The notes beneath the pieces are model-generated. The model did not search any database. It saw nothing but the letters and a program-made list of their open reading frames with translations, and was not told the origin of the DNA. A DNA stretch of 64,000 bases, from NCBI GenBank assembly GCA_036172245.1, contig JAYWIR010000063.1, positions 248,001 to 312,000 on the forward strand, written 5' to 3'. The DNA is from Raillietiella orientalis (lineage: Eukaryota). Shown here piece after piece: positions 24,098 to 35,100 of the stretch. Both the position numbers and the translations under genes were made by a program. Numbering within the stretch: position 1 is the stretch's first letter; every line of letters begins with the position of its first letter.

Positions 24098-27000
24098 ATG
24101 TAGAGATTACAAAAAAATAAACACCTATTTCTATTCTGCATACTCATACACATACCTATGAATATGCATCCTAAAAAATAAACACGCATGTTTATTATAT
24201 ATATCAGTATATGTATTTATATGAGGATTAATGCATGTTGCGAAGAATGTAAAAAATAAATTGATTTTCTTATTATGTACATTATGTATGGATTGATGTT
24301 TAAATTTATTTTAACATACATATTATTAATGTTATTTAAAGCATCTTTAATATATATTAATGCATATATTGTATATGGATTAATATACAGACTGATATGC
24401 ATTATGAAGATTATAAAAAATAAACGCAGCTGCCTATTACATATGTTAATATATAGAGAGAGACATATGTAGCCTAATGTACATTATAATGATCATGAAA
24501 AATAAACACATATCTCCATTTAACGTACACATTCATTAATATTTGTTAACATGCAGTATTATTAATAGCAATATTATTTTGAAATATATATTCTCAATAT
24601 AATTACTGTGTATTGATTCGGTATCAGTATGTACACTTAAGACTCTGATCGTTCGAGATTTCGATCACATGATAAATGTACATGTTTATAATTTGATATT
24701 TATATGTCCCTCTCATATATAATTATAATATGTATAAATATATAGCAATATATATAAACAAGACATGTGTATTTATTTTTTACAACTATATCAATCTGCA
24801 TATTAAACCATATACAAACATGCACATTAATATATAATAAATATATTTTAAAAATATTAATAATATGTATAATAATATATGTGAAATAAATGTAAACATC
24901 AGTCCACATATATATAATATACATAGTGAGCTTAGCAGTTTTTTTTTGTAATCTTAATAACACATCCTTATATAAATACTTACGTTCATATATATAATAA
25001 ACGCATGCATTAATTTTTCGCAATGTTTATAATGTATACTCCCCCATATACATAATAGGCTTGTGTGTTGATTTTTCATAACCTTTATAATGTACATGAA
25101 TGTACATACATATCTGTGCATCAGTACGTGTAATAAACCTGCGTGTTCCCATTTCACGATCTTTCGGGATTTCGATGGGAATGCCCCCCGGCGCGAAGCG
25201 CGGAGGTGCGCTCGTGGAAGATGCGGCCACTGGCCGCCCTCTCCACCGACAGGGGCCGCGCTCCCCGCACCCTCTGCGGAGGAACCGACCCACTCCAGCG
25301 ACCGCGGTAGCTCCCCGGACCTGCCCGAGCAACACGGGGCCGCGCCGTCCGCTGGTCCTCCGGAACCGCAGCATCCATCCCTCGTGGGCGGCCCAATTCC
25401 CCTTCCCTTCTCTTGCAGGTCTTCTACAAGCAGCTCCCCTTCTTCTATTACTTATCCTCTGCTTACATCGCTCCCCTGCTCGTTGTGGTGGTCACGGCCG
25501 CGGCCTCCCTAGGTCACGCGTTCGGAGGGGACAGGTAATGCAACCTTTCCGAGAAGAAGTTTCTAGAGTGAGGGCAGATGCTGGCTGGCCCGCGATGGAG
25601 AGGTCTGGATCTTCGCCACGCCCGTGCTCATCGTCATAGCGGTAGGCGCGCCTGGGGTCACAGCGGGACGGTGGACTTCCGCAGATCAACCTGGTCTTCT
25701 TGGGGGTCTCCATGTGCACCTACGTCCGCACCAAGAACCAGATCCGCAGGTTCAACGGCAAGTCTTCCAATCTGGTGCGTGGCACCATCATGTTGCTGAT
25801 GATCTTGGGGGTGACTTGGGTGCTCGGTTTCTTCGTGGTCAACTTCGGTAAGCACGGCAAGAGGAGGAGGAGGAGGACTCTCTTCGGCAAACAGATGGAC
25901 TTGGCGTGTACATCTCCGTCTTGTTCACGGTGATCAACGCGTTTCAAGGGATGTACATCTTCTTCTTCTTCATCCTCAGCAACAAATGCATCTGCAGAGA
26001 TCTCAAAGAGAAATGGACGAAGAACAAGGTAAAGTCTAAAGCTGACGGTGTCGTCATGCGCTCAAGGGGGGAAGGGGGGATCGTCGAAAGTGGGATCTGC
26101 GCCGAGTGCGAGGGGCCCCAGCGGCTTTCAGAGACAGCGCGACGGGCGGCATCTCTTTTCCCCCACACGCCCCATGCTGCAGCTGGCGACCGTGCCAGTC
26201 GTCAGCTGCAGCGGGCGCCAGACGGCTGCGCAGGGTTCGGCCCCTTGTCGCGCGGGGTGGAGCGGGCCCGTCGTCGCAGGCGGCGAGGTGGAGGACGATG
26301 CGGAGAGGAGTAGGATGGGGGTGCAACGGCGCCGTCATCGCAAGGAAGGGACTCGCGGGCCACTCCCACCCAGGTCAGGCTCGGAGCGCGGTATGCCGGC
26401 CGTTCCGCGTCTTCCCTGCAGGAGAACGACCCTCGCCCGCTCATTTGGCCGCGGGGGTCGCCTGGTAACGAGCGCGACCATTTGCTGCACGCCGACGCCG
26501 CTGGAAGCCGGCCGGACGACGACTCCCCGTTCCTGAGGAAGGTCTCCTGCGACGGAGACCCTCTTCTCGCGGGAAACGCTCGTCCGTGGTCCGGAAGCAT
26601 CGCGCGATGCTCCACCTATTTTTAAACGTCCCCGTTTCTTCCCGTTGCCAGAGTGACTTCCTCCCCTCTCGGCTCGGAAGGAGTGGCATCGGATCACTCG
26701 CACGGGGCATCCGCTCAGCATGTTCTCCTTTTTTTGGTTACCCTTTCCAAGTAACTCGCATACGCGGGCCACCAGTCGGGAGGTGATTGGCAGCTTTGCG
26801 GCCTCGAGGGTGAATCTGCGTCGACTGCAAGGCCAGACCCGCGCGTGGAAGGCAGGGCCGTGTGGCCGGCGCTTGTGGGTCCTCACCCGAGGGGCCCCTC
26901 TTTCTCTGCTTTCGGAGCTGTCGGACATCACCATCCGCTGGGCTCGCATCGCTGCCTGTTGCTGCTCTGGGCCGGATCCGCCCGTGAGCCGTGCGAGGAG

Positions 27001-28280
27001 GGGACGCGAGCGCCTTGCGCCTCCGGTGGGTCCCGCTCACCCCAAGGGGACGACAAGCGGGACCCCCGCTCGGCGTCCCACCCCAAAGCGTCTGCTGGAG
27101 TGGTACACTGCGATATCAGGCTCCGGAAGGGGCAACGGGAGGTCGCGTCCACTTGCCGGAGACGAACCCGTTTCCTGGCGACCCGGTGACCGAGGCCTTT
27201 CGGGACCTCGAACTCTTGCAAGGGTGCCGCGTCGCGAGCAGCACGCTCACGGGAGTGCGGTCAACTGCTCACCCCAGACCGCATGCGGTTGCCGCGCGCT
27301 TGCTCAGCACCCGTTTCCATGAAGACACTCCCCGGAACAGGCATGAAAAATCCCAGCTATCCGCGGAAAATCAGTCTGGGTCCGGCGACCTCTGCGGACG
27401 CTTCTCAGGCAGCATTAGCGAGGAGTCGAAGAATTCCTGTGGCAGTTCGTGAGTTCGCCTTCCGGTGACCACGTGAGAGGACCGCACCGCCCGCGGTCCG
27501 GCGTCGCCTTCCCATGCCCGCGAAACCTCCCGCTGGAATTCCCGACCACCGGACGGGAGGAGGCGAAGGTTCCGGGTACTCCTGCAAGATGCCACTGCCG
27601 TTCGGTCGCTCCCTCCGCCCGCATCTAGCCGGACATCTCCAAGCAGCACAAGGCGTTTCCGGCCGGAAGACCGGAGGCTTCCAAGGCCACGCGCAGGTTC
27701 GTCTCGAGAGCATCGTCCGAGGAGGGTTCGAGTGCAACATTCCCTCTGGGTCTCATCTCCCTGGGGCCGACCGTTCGCTCGTCCCCTCCCCATCCGCGTT
27801 CCCTGGAGTGGGAAGGCGCAGAAGAAGCGGACTGTGCGCGGAAGGCGGGAGCCAGCACGCTCACGGGCGCGCGCGCGCAGCGGACGACCGTGTGCGGTGC
27901 GGTCACGCTGTCGTCGCGTCGGGGCCGGCCGACCTTCCACCTGCTCCCCCTCCTCGACCCGCCCGCGTGGACACGTCCGCTTTTCCCGCTCCGGAGCGCG
28001 CCCTCAGACCACTCGACAGCGGCAACGCATGGCGGCGGGTCGCGGCTCTGGTTGACCTCCGTCTCCTTCACAGAAGTGGCTGAGCTTCCAAATGCTGTCG
28101 CACGTCAGCTCCCTCACCACGGGCAGCAGATTTCCGCTGGACCATCAGCACACCTCGAATGTCGTCTTCAACGACAGTAGCCCAAGCAGGAACCTCTTCA
28201 AGAAGCAGCGCTGCCCAGGCAACGCGCCCAGGGGGACGGAGCGCGGCCGACGCTCCGGCGAGGCAATCATCTCCTCCTGA
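3228..28280 (+). CDS. Adhesion GPCR (latrophilin/Cirl-like 7TM with HRM + GAIN/GPS, two CTL-like domains, mucin stalk); spliced gene
   Basis: GT-AG exons with consistent phases: 3228-3306, 8874(or 8880)-9122, 9176-9487, 11882-12376, 12442-12644, 16228-16885, 16953-17096, 18305-18479, 19664-20058, 21230-21434, 21493-21799, 23276-23575, 25419-25534, 25578-25641, 25685-25847, 25895-26028, 28074-28280. HRM, GPS and secretin-family TM motifs are recognisable. The 5'-most exons and the last exon are less certain. Confidence 0.85.
5290..5660 (+). mobile_element. tRNA-derived SINE-like repeat, copy 2
   Basis: gggttcgaatc B-box at about 5334 followed by gatggcgctggtggg...ggcactggtggaa...gggattggaa, similar to copy 1. 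Confidence 0.55.
6490..7225. mobile_element. AT-rich foldback-like element, copy 1
   Basis: Abrupt AT island. AAGATyrTAAAAAATAAACAC-like units point forward on the left (6490, 6572) and reverse on the right (about 6885). Core 6661-6713 matches the reverse complement of 24652-24706. Confidence 0.55.
7900..8400 (+). mobile_element. Possible LINE 3' (zinc-knuckle) relic
   Basis: LREYLP...C...EH...PELW...IW resembles the zf-RVT C-terminus; heavily decayed. Confidence 0.3.
8874..9487 (+). CDS. Two aGPCR N-terminal exons (8874/8880-9122; 9176-9487), extracellular domain of unassigned family
   Basis: Coding-like, GC3-rich codons ([18 protein letters not shown]...; [20 protein letters not shown]...[11 protein letters not shown]), GTGAG donors at 9123 and 9488, 53-nt intron. 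Confidence 0.65.
10287..10537 (+). pseudogene. Frameshifted partial duplicate of the aGPCR second CTL exon (16401-16648)
   Basis: About 90% identical by eye, with a 3-nt insertion and a 1-nt deletion (gcgaagttc vs gcgagggttc). Lacks the exon 5' end and acceptor. Confidence 0.8.
10540..11105 (+). mobile_element. tRNA-derived SINE-like repeat, copy 3 (inside the duplication)
   Basis: gggttcgaatccc B-box, body motifs ctggttgatacccc and ggtggcgaacggcttct, A-rich tail gaaaaagagaaaagaaa. Confidence 0.55.
10543..11335 (+). repeat. Near-identical direct duplicate of 17216-18008
   Basis: ORF translations 10706-11185 and 17379-17858 are identical; only about two substitutions seen in about 790 bp. 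Confidence 0.92.
11882..12644 (+). CDS. C-type lectin-like domain exon (11882-12376) plus following exon (12442-12644)
   Basis: [13 protein letters not shown]...[16 protein letters not shown]...VWIW...C...C...LVLCE is the CTLD pattern. Long polypyrimidine tract before 11882; donors at 12377 and 12645. Confidence 0.8.
12700..14800 (-). mobile_element. Decayed L1/Tx1-like LINE, RT region
   Basis: [17 protein letters not shown] resembles the DQEKAFDRVNWxFLFxxL RT motif; many stops. Boundaries approximate. Confidence 0.45.
16228..17096 (+). CDS. Second, degenerate CTL-like domain plus Ser/Thr-rich mucin stalk (exons 16228-16885, 16953-17096)
   Basis: C-x-CF...[12 protein letters not shown]...LWVSG...LC followed by ([10 protein letters not shown])n and an S/T-rich exon; splice phases fit. 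Confidence 0.75.
16647..16800 (+). repeat. Coding 30-bp tandem repeat (cacaccgacgagatcttcgagtactgcagc-like, about 5 units)
   Basis: Visible period of 30; encodes [10 protein letters not shown]. Confidence 0.9.
17210..17780 (+). mobile_element. tRNA-derived SINE-like repeat, copy 4 (aGPCR intron)
   Basis: Nearly identical to 10540-11105 (offset 6673). Confidence 0.55.
18305..18479 (+). CDS. HRM (hormone receptor motif) exon of the aGPCR
   Basis: C...CWPESAPG...CPE...G.STWEC...G.W...PDLG, spliced to NC at 19664, matches the HRM consensus (PDLSNC in latrophilins). Confidence 0.88.
19664..21799 (+). CDS. GAIN domain exons (19664-20058, 21230-21434, 21493-21799) ending in the GPS motif
   Basis: CVYWD...WATEGC...[17 protein letters not shown] is a canonical GPS with an intact H-L|T cleavage site and Stachel sequence. 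Confidence 0.92.
23276..26028 (+). CDS. 7TM_2 (secretin/adhesion family) exons of the aGPCR
   Basis: [71 protein letters not shown] across five exons with canonical splice sites. Confidence 0.92.
23650..25175. mobile_element. AT-rich foldback-like element, copy 2, in the aGPCR intron after the TM3 exon
   Basis: Forward units at about 23731, 23871, 24101, 24170, 24405, 24491; reverse units at about 24766, 24938, 25063, 25141. Shares its core with copy 1 in opposite orientation. Confidence 0.6.
23968..24094. repeat. (TA)n/(TC)n compound microsatellite
   Basis: Directly visible dinucleotide runs. Confidence 0.95.
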
Positions 28281-29239
28281 GAGACCTGTGCCCTCCGGTG
28301 GGCTCCGACGGTTCCTGCCCGGGGCGGCCTCAGGTGCAGGGCGGAAGCCTCTTCTCGGGGCGAGACGGGAGACGCCAGTCAGCCCGTTCGATCAATAGAC
28401 GCCATTTTGATCGGAGGCTGTCCACGTTCCAGGAGCCGGCGGGACGGAAACCGGGGACGGGCACCTCCTCCTTTCCAGCTTCTGCAATGTCCAGCCGGCT
28501 GACTGCCGCGAACGGATGAGGAGAGCGCTCCTGCGCACACGCGCTCGCTAGAAAAGAAGTCGTGCCAGAGAGGAACACGGAAGTGTCGCGAGGACTGTGG
28601 CGTCCACGGAGGATGCCTGCGTTCACAAAATCCGCATTCTCCGACCTTGGCTTGCCTCGGGCTTGGACCTGGACCGCGCGCAGAGCCCCTTTGTACCGTG
28701 GCCACAAGACACATGATTCGTGTATTGGTAGGAGGGGAGAAGGCGAGCCAAGGGGTTGGCCAGGTCGCTTCGGGTCCTGGGGACCTCGCCTGCTCACCCG
28801 CCCCCTCCTCTCTCTTCCCTCTCGGAGTGAGGTCACGACGTGCTGTACCTGCAGCGTTTCCTCGGATGCGCTGGAATTCCTGCCGACCACACTCTCGGTC
28901 AAATCCACGCGCGTGCCGTGAGAGGAGGGAACCCGAGCGTCCGCGCCTCCTGTCGTCGCCTGCTGGACCACTGGCGGACGCGCAGCGAATGGCTTTAAAT
29001 GGGGGCTCGCTGTGTGCCAGCAGCGAGCCATCATTTGAAGCCATTCGCTGCGAGAGCACCACGCAAGCCGGGGCTCGCCGACTCTGCAAGTCGAACGCGT
29101 CCTTCGGCGCCTTGCGAAGCGCTCGCCCACACACTTGACCTGGACCGCAGATGAAGCCGCCGCCGTTTCAGTCCTCCGGCCTCCTAGCTGTTTCGTCCGA
29201 ACTCGCCTCCGCCCACCGGGTTGTCACCTGAGTGCGCTG

Positions 29240-29960
29240 GGACGTTTATTTCATATAGGAATAAAACGAACATTTACGATCTGTGTGGTTGAACCTTTCC
29301 TACCACGTCCGCTTCACCGGGAGCCTGCCGGGTTACCGGCTCGCAGACCGGTGAGGTCTACCACGGCAGCTGAGGGGAGTGTGGCAAACAAAAAGAGAAA
29401 AAAGAAAGAAAACATAAAACTAAACAAATGAATTTGAGGGGTGAGGCGGATGGTGCGGGAAGGGATCACGTTCTGCTGGGGACGGCCCTCTACATCCTTT
29501 CAAGGATGCGGGCAGGCTTTTGCTGCATGTAGCTCTTCAGGTGGGACCATCTCGTTGCCATCTTCAGAAAGTGAACGGCAAAGTGGTCGTGGCACCCCTG
29601 TCGCTGTGTGCTCCTTTTGTGTGGCTCCTGGCTGCCACAATCCCGAGTAGGCAGCAGAGGGATGCTGGCCGAAGGGCGTCACGTACGAGGAGGTCTTTCA
29701 GAATCTCTGGAGTTGCCGCCGGAGTTTCCTAGGGTCGCAACGAAGCCACAGGGCAACGCAGTCCACAAGCGGGTGGAGGAGGGATTCGTTCTCCGCGCCT
29801 GTTACAGTTCGGATCCAGTGCTCTTACCCTGTGTCCAGCGATGCCGGCGGGCCTTGCACGGAAGGTCCGCCGTTTGCGCTGGATGGAATGTGGCACTGGT
29901 GAAACCGCTTCCGATGACGCTGCATCAGTCCACGTGGAGGCTGGCGATACTCTTTGGTCC
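29240..29960 (-). mobile_element. L1/Tx1-like LINE 3' end with 3' UTR
   Basis: Minus strand DPNCxR.GE.ESLLH.LVDCVAL (frameshifted zf-RVT-like), then T-rich UTR and AATAAA. Collinear with 40000-40650 on +. Confidence 0.6.
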
Positions 29961-30049
29961 ATCCGGCCCGGCAAGAGAGCGCTTATAATCGGCATCGAAA
30001 ACACCGGAAAAAGGAGCGACCCATCGGCATCGGGAGCACACAGAGAGGC

Positions 30050-31500
30050 GTCTGAAAATGTCCCTGGGGACGCCCTAGGATCGTCGCGAAGGATCCAAAG
30101 GGGTTGGAGGGCAGCCAACCCACGGGCAGGTGAGGGAGGGACTCCATTTTCTTTCATCTGCTGTAGTTGGGGCTCACTTCCTCCCCCGGTCCCAGTGGTG
30201 TCGGTGGGCGTTGCACGGGAGGCCCCAATGCAACAGAAGGATCGCCGACTCCTGCCGCTTTGGGGAGGAGGGAAGCACTGCTCCAGCACTCCGGGGATCA
30301 CTGTACCTCCGCCGGAGGGATTTGTAGCAGCTCCCCCCAGCGCAGCAGCCCTTGTGGTGAAACAGTCGGAGTGGCAGCATCTGTCAGCTCCCGAGTTGTC
30401 TACGTACTTCAATCTTTTTTCCTGCTGTCAATGGTGCACGTCACCTCCCACTTTGCCGGAAGGTCACTGTCCCATAGGTAGGGCGGCACTGGAGCAAGAG
30501 GTGCGAACGACGCTCAAAGCAGATTTATGGTGCTACTCAGTATCTCCCTTAACGACTGACGAGCGTATCTGCTGGTGCGCAGGCAGATGCGTTCTGCCTC
30601 GTCGTGCCATTGATTTTACCATGTGCGAAAACGAGGTCAAAGAGATTGCGAACCCTTTTGCTTTTATTCACGGCCCTTTCCGCTTCCGCGGGGCGGGCTC
30701 TGGAACCTGAAGCCCTTCCGCTGTCTCCAACGAACGGAGGTCAAACAACTATGTTTTGTTTTTATTCGCTGCCCTTTCCTAGGTGCGCAGCGGTGTCTGC
30801 TCGGGCATCAGCGTGGTCGACCTCCACGTTCAGGAGAACCTGCAAACGCCCCGTCTGCATTTGAAGGGATAGTAGCAGTCGAAGTGCGACTTGCATCCTA
30901 AACGCTGATCCGACTCATCTCCGCTGGCGTCCACCTCTTCTCCCTCCTCTGATTCTTCTCTGAAAACGGAACCACCATGCAACTCGAGTACCGAATTGGT
31001 TCGAGGAGCAGTTGCAAAGTTGCTAAGGACTGCCGCAGGGCGTTGCGAGGTCAGCAGCTCAATCGCATTCCCAGCAGAGGGATGAGAGTGCGAATGCAGA
31101 GGAAGTCTTTCTCGGGAATCCCTCGCTGCTCGAGGAGGAAGTCGAGATAGAAGCCGCGCTGCACCTGAGGGCTGGGCCTGAAGGGTGCGGCGCAGGCTGC
31201 GCGACCACGCGCGCTGCTACAGAGAAACGCCACCGCGAAGAAGCCAGGGAGATGCCCCACGTGAGGGTCGTTACGGTGACCCTCCACAGTCCGGATGAGA
31301 GGTCGCCGACCGCCTCCCTCGCAAGCGAAGAGGGACAGGTTGCATCCCTGAGTCCTCCCGAACGTACGCTTCCCCACCCGGGCGGACACCGCTTGGGCGC
31401 AGCGAGGGAAGTCCGGCGAGTGCCGTCGTGCTCGCCTGTCGCGCAGCAACGAGGCACGCGTTTCCAACGCAGCTGCTTGCGCACCGACTTCGCGCGCTGC
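30050..31500 (-). mobile_element. L1/Tx1-like LINE relic (RT to zinc knuckle)
   Basis: 30200-30235 is the reverse-complement match of 40008-40045. FLLEQRGIPEKDFLCIRTL resembles the RT LxxxGFPxxFIxWI motif. Confidence 0.5.
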
Positions 31501-33649
31501 AGCTGTAAGTGCCCGCCGCGCCCTGCAAGCTCTCCAGGTTGGCGGGAGGAGCCGCGCGGCGCTCTGATCGTGGCGCCCCGAACGACCGCGTGGATGGCGG
31601 CGGCTTTTCCCCCGCTTTCATACTCTCCAGTGCCACCGGACCCATGGGTTCCGTTTTCTCCTTCTGATGTCGCGTCGTCCTGGCAACGGATCTCCTTGGC
31701 GACCATCACTGGAAGATTCGCAGCTTTCAGCTCCAGTCCACCACTCCCTGGAACGTCCACCGACAGTGGTTCGCTCCCAGCGGCCGCAGGCGAGACGCTT
31801 CTTGCTCCGGGGGCGTTGGAACCTCAAACGGCTCGCCTGTGCGTTCGCGCTGCGACGCGGGGAGGCGCCGCCGGCCTCCCCGCGTCGGCTCTTGCTTCCT
31901 TCTTGAGCTCCGCTCTTTGCCCCGAGGACGACCTCGGTTCGGAGACGCAGGAGCCTGGCAACCGCAGCAGCAGCCGCGCGTCTCACTTACGGAGTTCAAG
32001 AACAATCAGCCCAAGGAAGAGCGAACCCACGCGCGTTTTCAACATGGCTGTCGGTAGTGGTCACTTCCGAGCGGAGCTGAATGAAGCTGGAAAGAGAGGA
32101 ACCTCAGATGCTCCCAAGAGGAGCAAAAAGCTCGGAAAGGAGCGGACGGGACTTACGAAACTGGCAGGACAGGCGTTTGGCCAAAAAGGCGAGCCGAGTT
32201 AGCTGGTCAACTGGGACGTTCTCGAATGGCAACTCTGCCACGTAAGTGGACGAGGGTACTGGAGCAGCTACGAAAAGCGACCAGTCGGTCACGTTACTCC
32301 GGCAACGCAGGGAGACAAAACTCTTGCAGACGAAGATCTGTTACTCGTCGCCAGTCCAAAGCCGGCCGCTTCCGGATGCACGCAGATCCGCTGATCCAAA
32401 GCGCAGGTCGCGGTCGCAGCATTTATAGGGTCGAGCTGTCCCGAATGCCAGCATGTTCGCCGATCTTCTGCGCTGCCCACGCCGCGATCTCGGGTTTCCC
32501 GGGAAACCGCCCGAACCGTCCGGAAATGAGCGTTCCAAATTGCCCAGCGTGCGTGAAAACAGTTCCTCCGGGAAGCGCATGCACGCAGCTGGCTACGGTG
32601 ACATCTCAGCTGCTCCGCGTGCGTCCCTCAAATGGTACCCTCTCTTGGGGTAACTCTTTGAACACGGCATATCTCCACCCATCCCGGTGCTGCTCCCGCG
32701 CAGCACAGGCGCCCATCCGCACGCTGGCGCTTTGAACGTCTGCAAAGATGCCTTATGATGCGCCTCATCCCTCCTCCTCCAATGGTGGGGAATGCTTTCG
32801 TCTCGAGAAGGGAGGCAGCTGCCTGCTGTACCGCCGTGTTCGAGCGGGCTGCGCGGAGACCGGAAGACCTCTTGCGAACCACTGCTCCACTTTCCTCCTT
32901 GATGGAACGAGAGGTCCTCAGAGGGCAGGGTTGGTAGGGCTGACCTATGCAAACCCTCTTCTGCAACCAGCTGAAGGAAGTCTTCCGGGACCGAAGCTGG
33001 AGATCCCATCCGCGGGTCTCGCCGCTTGACGCAGCCGCAGACACCCCTGGTTCCTGGACGGACACCGCGGTGGTGGCCTCCTGGCTCCGCGGCGGAGGTC
33101 CCTTGCAGCTCTGGCGCGACACCCAGGCGGTGAGAAGAGGGGGATCTCCATTTCAGTGTGAGCAAGACTTCAGGAGGGAAGACGTGGAGAACGTCGAACG
33201 AGCGGGTCGTGTGTGTCCTTCACCCCTCCCCCACTCTGGAATAATCGGGCGGTCCCGCCTGCCTTTCGTCCGCTCCTACCCCGAAAGGACCTCCCTGCCT
33301 TCCCTTCGCCGGTTTCGTCAGCCGGCAGCAGAACGTCGTCAGGGTCCCCGGGCCGCGCGCTAGGCTCAAAGTCGGCGAAGGGATATCCGCCGCCACTTCC
33401 CCGTATCCAGTCCCGACCGGAGTCCGGACAAGGTCGCCCACAGCGAGGGCCATACGGATCTAGGAAGGGCAGACCCTGCGCCCATTGAGAGAAAGGGCGT
33501 GCGTCCCACGGATCCCGGTGCGCCGACACCCGCTGCTACGCTCACGAGTCCACTGGCCGCGGGCTCACCTGCCGCGCCGCTGAGCGAGTGGTGCTCTCGT
33601 TGGAGCTCGGGGAGGGGAGGGAGAGAAAGTGGTCCGCGACTCGGGCGGA

Positions 33650-35100
33650 CGCACATGCAAGGGCGAATTCTGTCGTCCCCAGATGCCCAGGTCGCAGGGG
33701 AATCCGCTGAAGGGCGACTTCGCCGGAGTCGACCCGCGCGAAGCGCGCCAGACGAGCTCTCGCTGGCACCTTGCCAAGTCGAGAGGCTCGATGGGTTGTC
33801 CGTGGTGCAACGGACTTCCCATTTGGCCGGCTGGCTTCTGCCCAGATGCTTCCTGAGGGAGGGCAATGCTTCGGCTAGGGAGGTTCTTTGCGCCCACATA
33901 CACGTGGTGGACTGCACGATGACGTCCTGCAGCGGACGGCTGTTGTAGCAGGAGTGCAGCAGTCTCTGCCGCATCTCCAGGCTCGCTTCGTTGTTCTTGG
34001 CCCACGTGCGAACTGTTTCCGGAAACCAGTCACTACCGTTCGAGGGCGGGCAGGAAATCCAGGTGTTCTCCCTGGTCAGCGTGGCCACTTGCCGGAGCTC
34101 CGGTCCGCAGCTGGACACGTTGCGTCTGCGCCGCCGCGCCAGCAACGAAGACGGTCCCACATAGCCGGTGGCTCGCTTGACCAGGTATCTTGCGGGCTCG
34201 AACCAGTTTGTGCTCCAAAACTTCGCCACTAGGGAAAGCGTCCTCCACTGGAGCTGTCGCTTCGGGTGCTCGAGCGTCAGGAGGCTGAGGCCTCTGTCAC
34301 GATGCAGAGTGCACAAGTCCTTCAGGTGGACTCGGGGCCTCCCTGTGCCCCAAAGGGCGATTCGTAGGTGGTCCTTTGTCCTCCTTTTAATGCTTCTTGG
34401 TAAGAAGCAAACAAAAAGCAAGAGGAAGAAGAGGGAAGCCACAAACATGTTCCACACAGCGGCCCATTCCAGCAAGAGAAACCTGCCATCCCGGAACCGG
34501 CTGATCGCCAACTCTGCCTTCTGGAGACAGCTGGACCACGCCTTCGTCGGAGAATAGTTCCCTTCGTGCTTCTTCTTGGTGTGCCCCCCGAAGAACTGAT
34601 AGTCCCTTACCTCTGCGTGGACACTTTCGTGTTCCCGCTATCCTAGAAACAGGATGTTATGCTGTTTCTGCACTGGGGACTCCAGTGCAATCAGAGCAGA
34701 CACCTTTCCGGAGGAGTTGCCTCCCCAAACTGTCTTAGGTGCGAGGCAATGGAATGGTTTCTGCACCTCCTGTTGGAATGCAGTGCCCTGGAGGGCATGT
34801 GGTGGAGACGCGCTTCGGGGTCCGTCGACCGCAGGACTCCGCAACGGACTTGCTGAGACACTTCGCCGGAGGCGAACTGAAGAAGGGGACTGCAATAGCA
34901 ACGATTTGTTGCATCCGCGTCACAGTGATAGCCTGCCAGTTGTTGGGGTCAGGTTCGTGGCAAAGAGAGGACACCAGCATGGCAGCAGCCCTCATTAAGA
35001 CAGCAGCAAATTAGCCTCATCTTCCACAGGAAGTCTCCAGGGAGATCGCCACAGTCCAGCATGGCTTCTAGAAGGGAAGAAATGCCAATAACCAAAGACC
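33650..35100 (-). mobile_element. L1/Tx1-like LINE ORF2 relic (late RT and post-RT region)
   Basis: KAWSSCLQKAELAISRFRDGRFLLL...LWGTGRPRVHLKDLCTLHRDRGLSL resembles the L1/Tx1 post-RT FLWxG...GGLGL region. Nucleotide match (tgccctccctcagg) to 39763. Confidence 0.6.

Noticed and set aside
23700..25140. Mitochondrial control-region insertion (NUMT) as the origin of the AT islands
   Set aside because: No mitochondrial gene or tRNA remnants; inverted unit arrays and a second homologous copy favour a transposon-like element.
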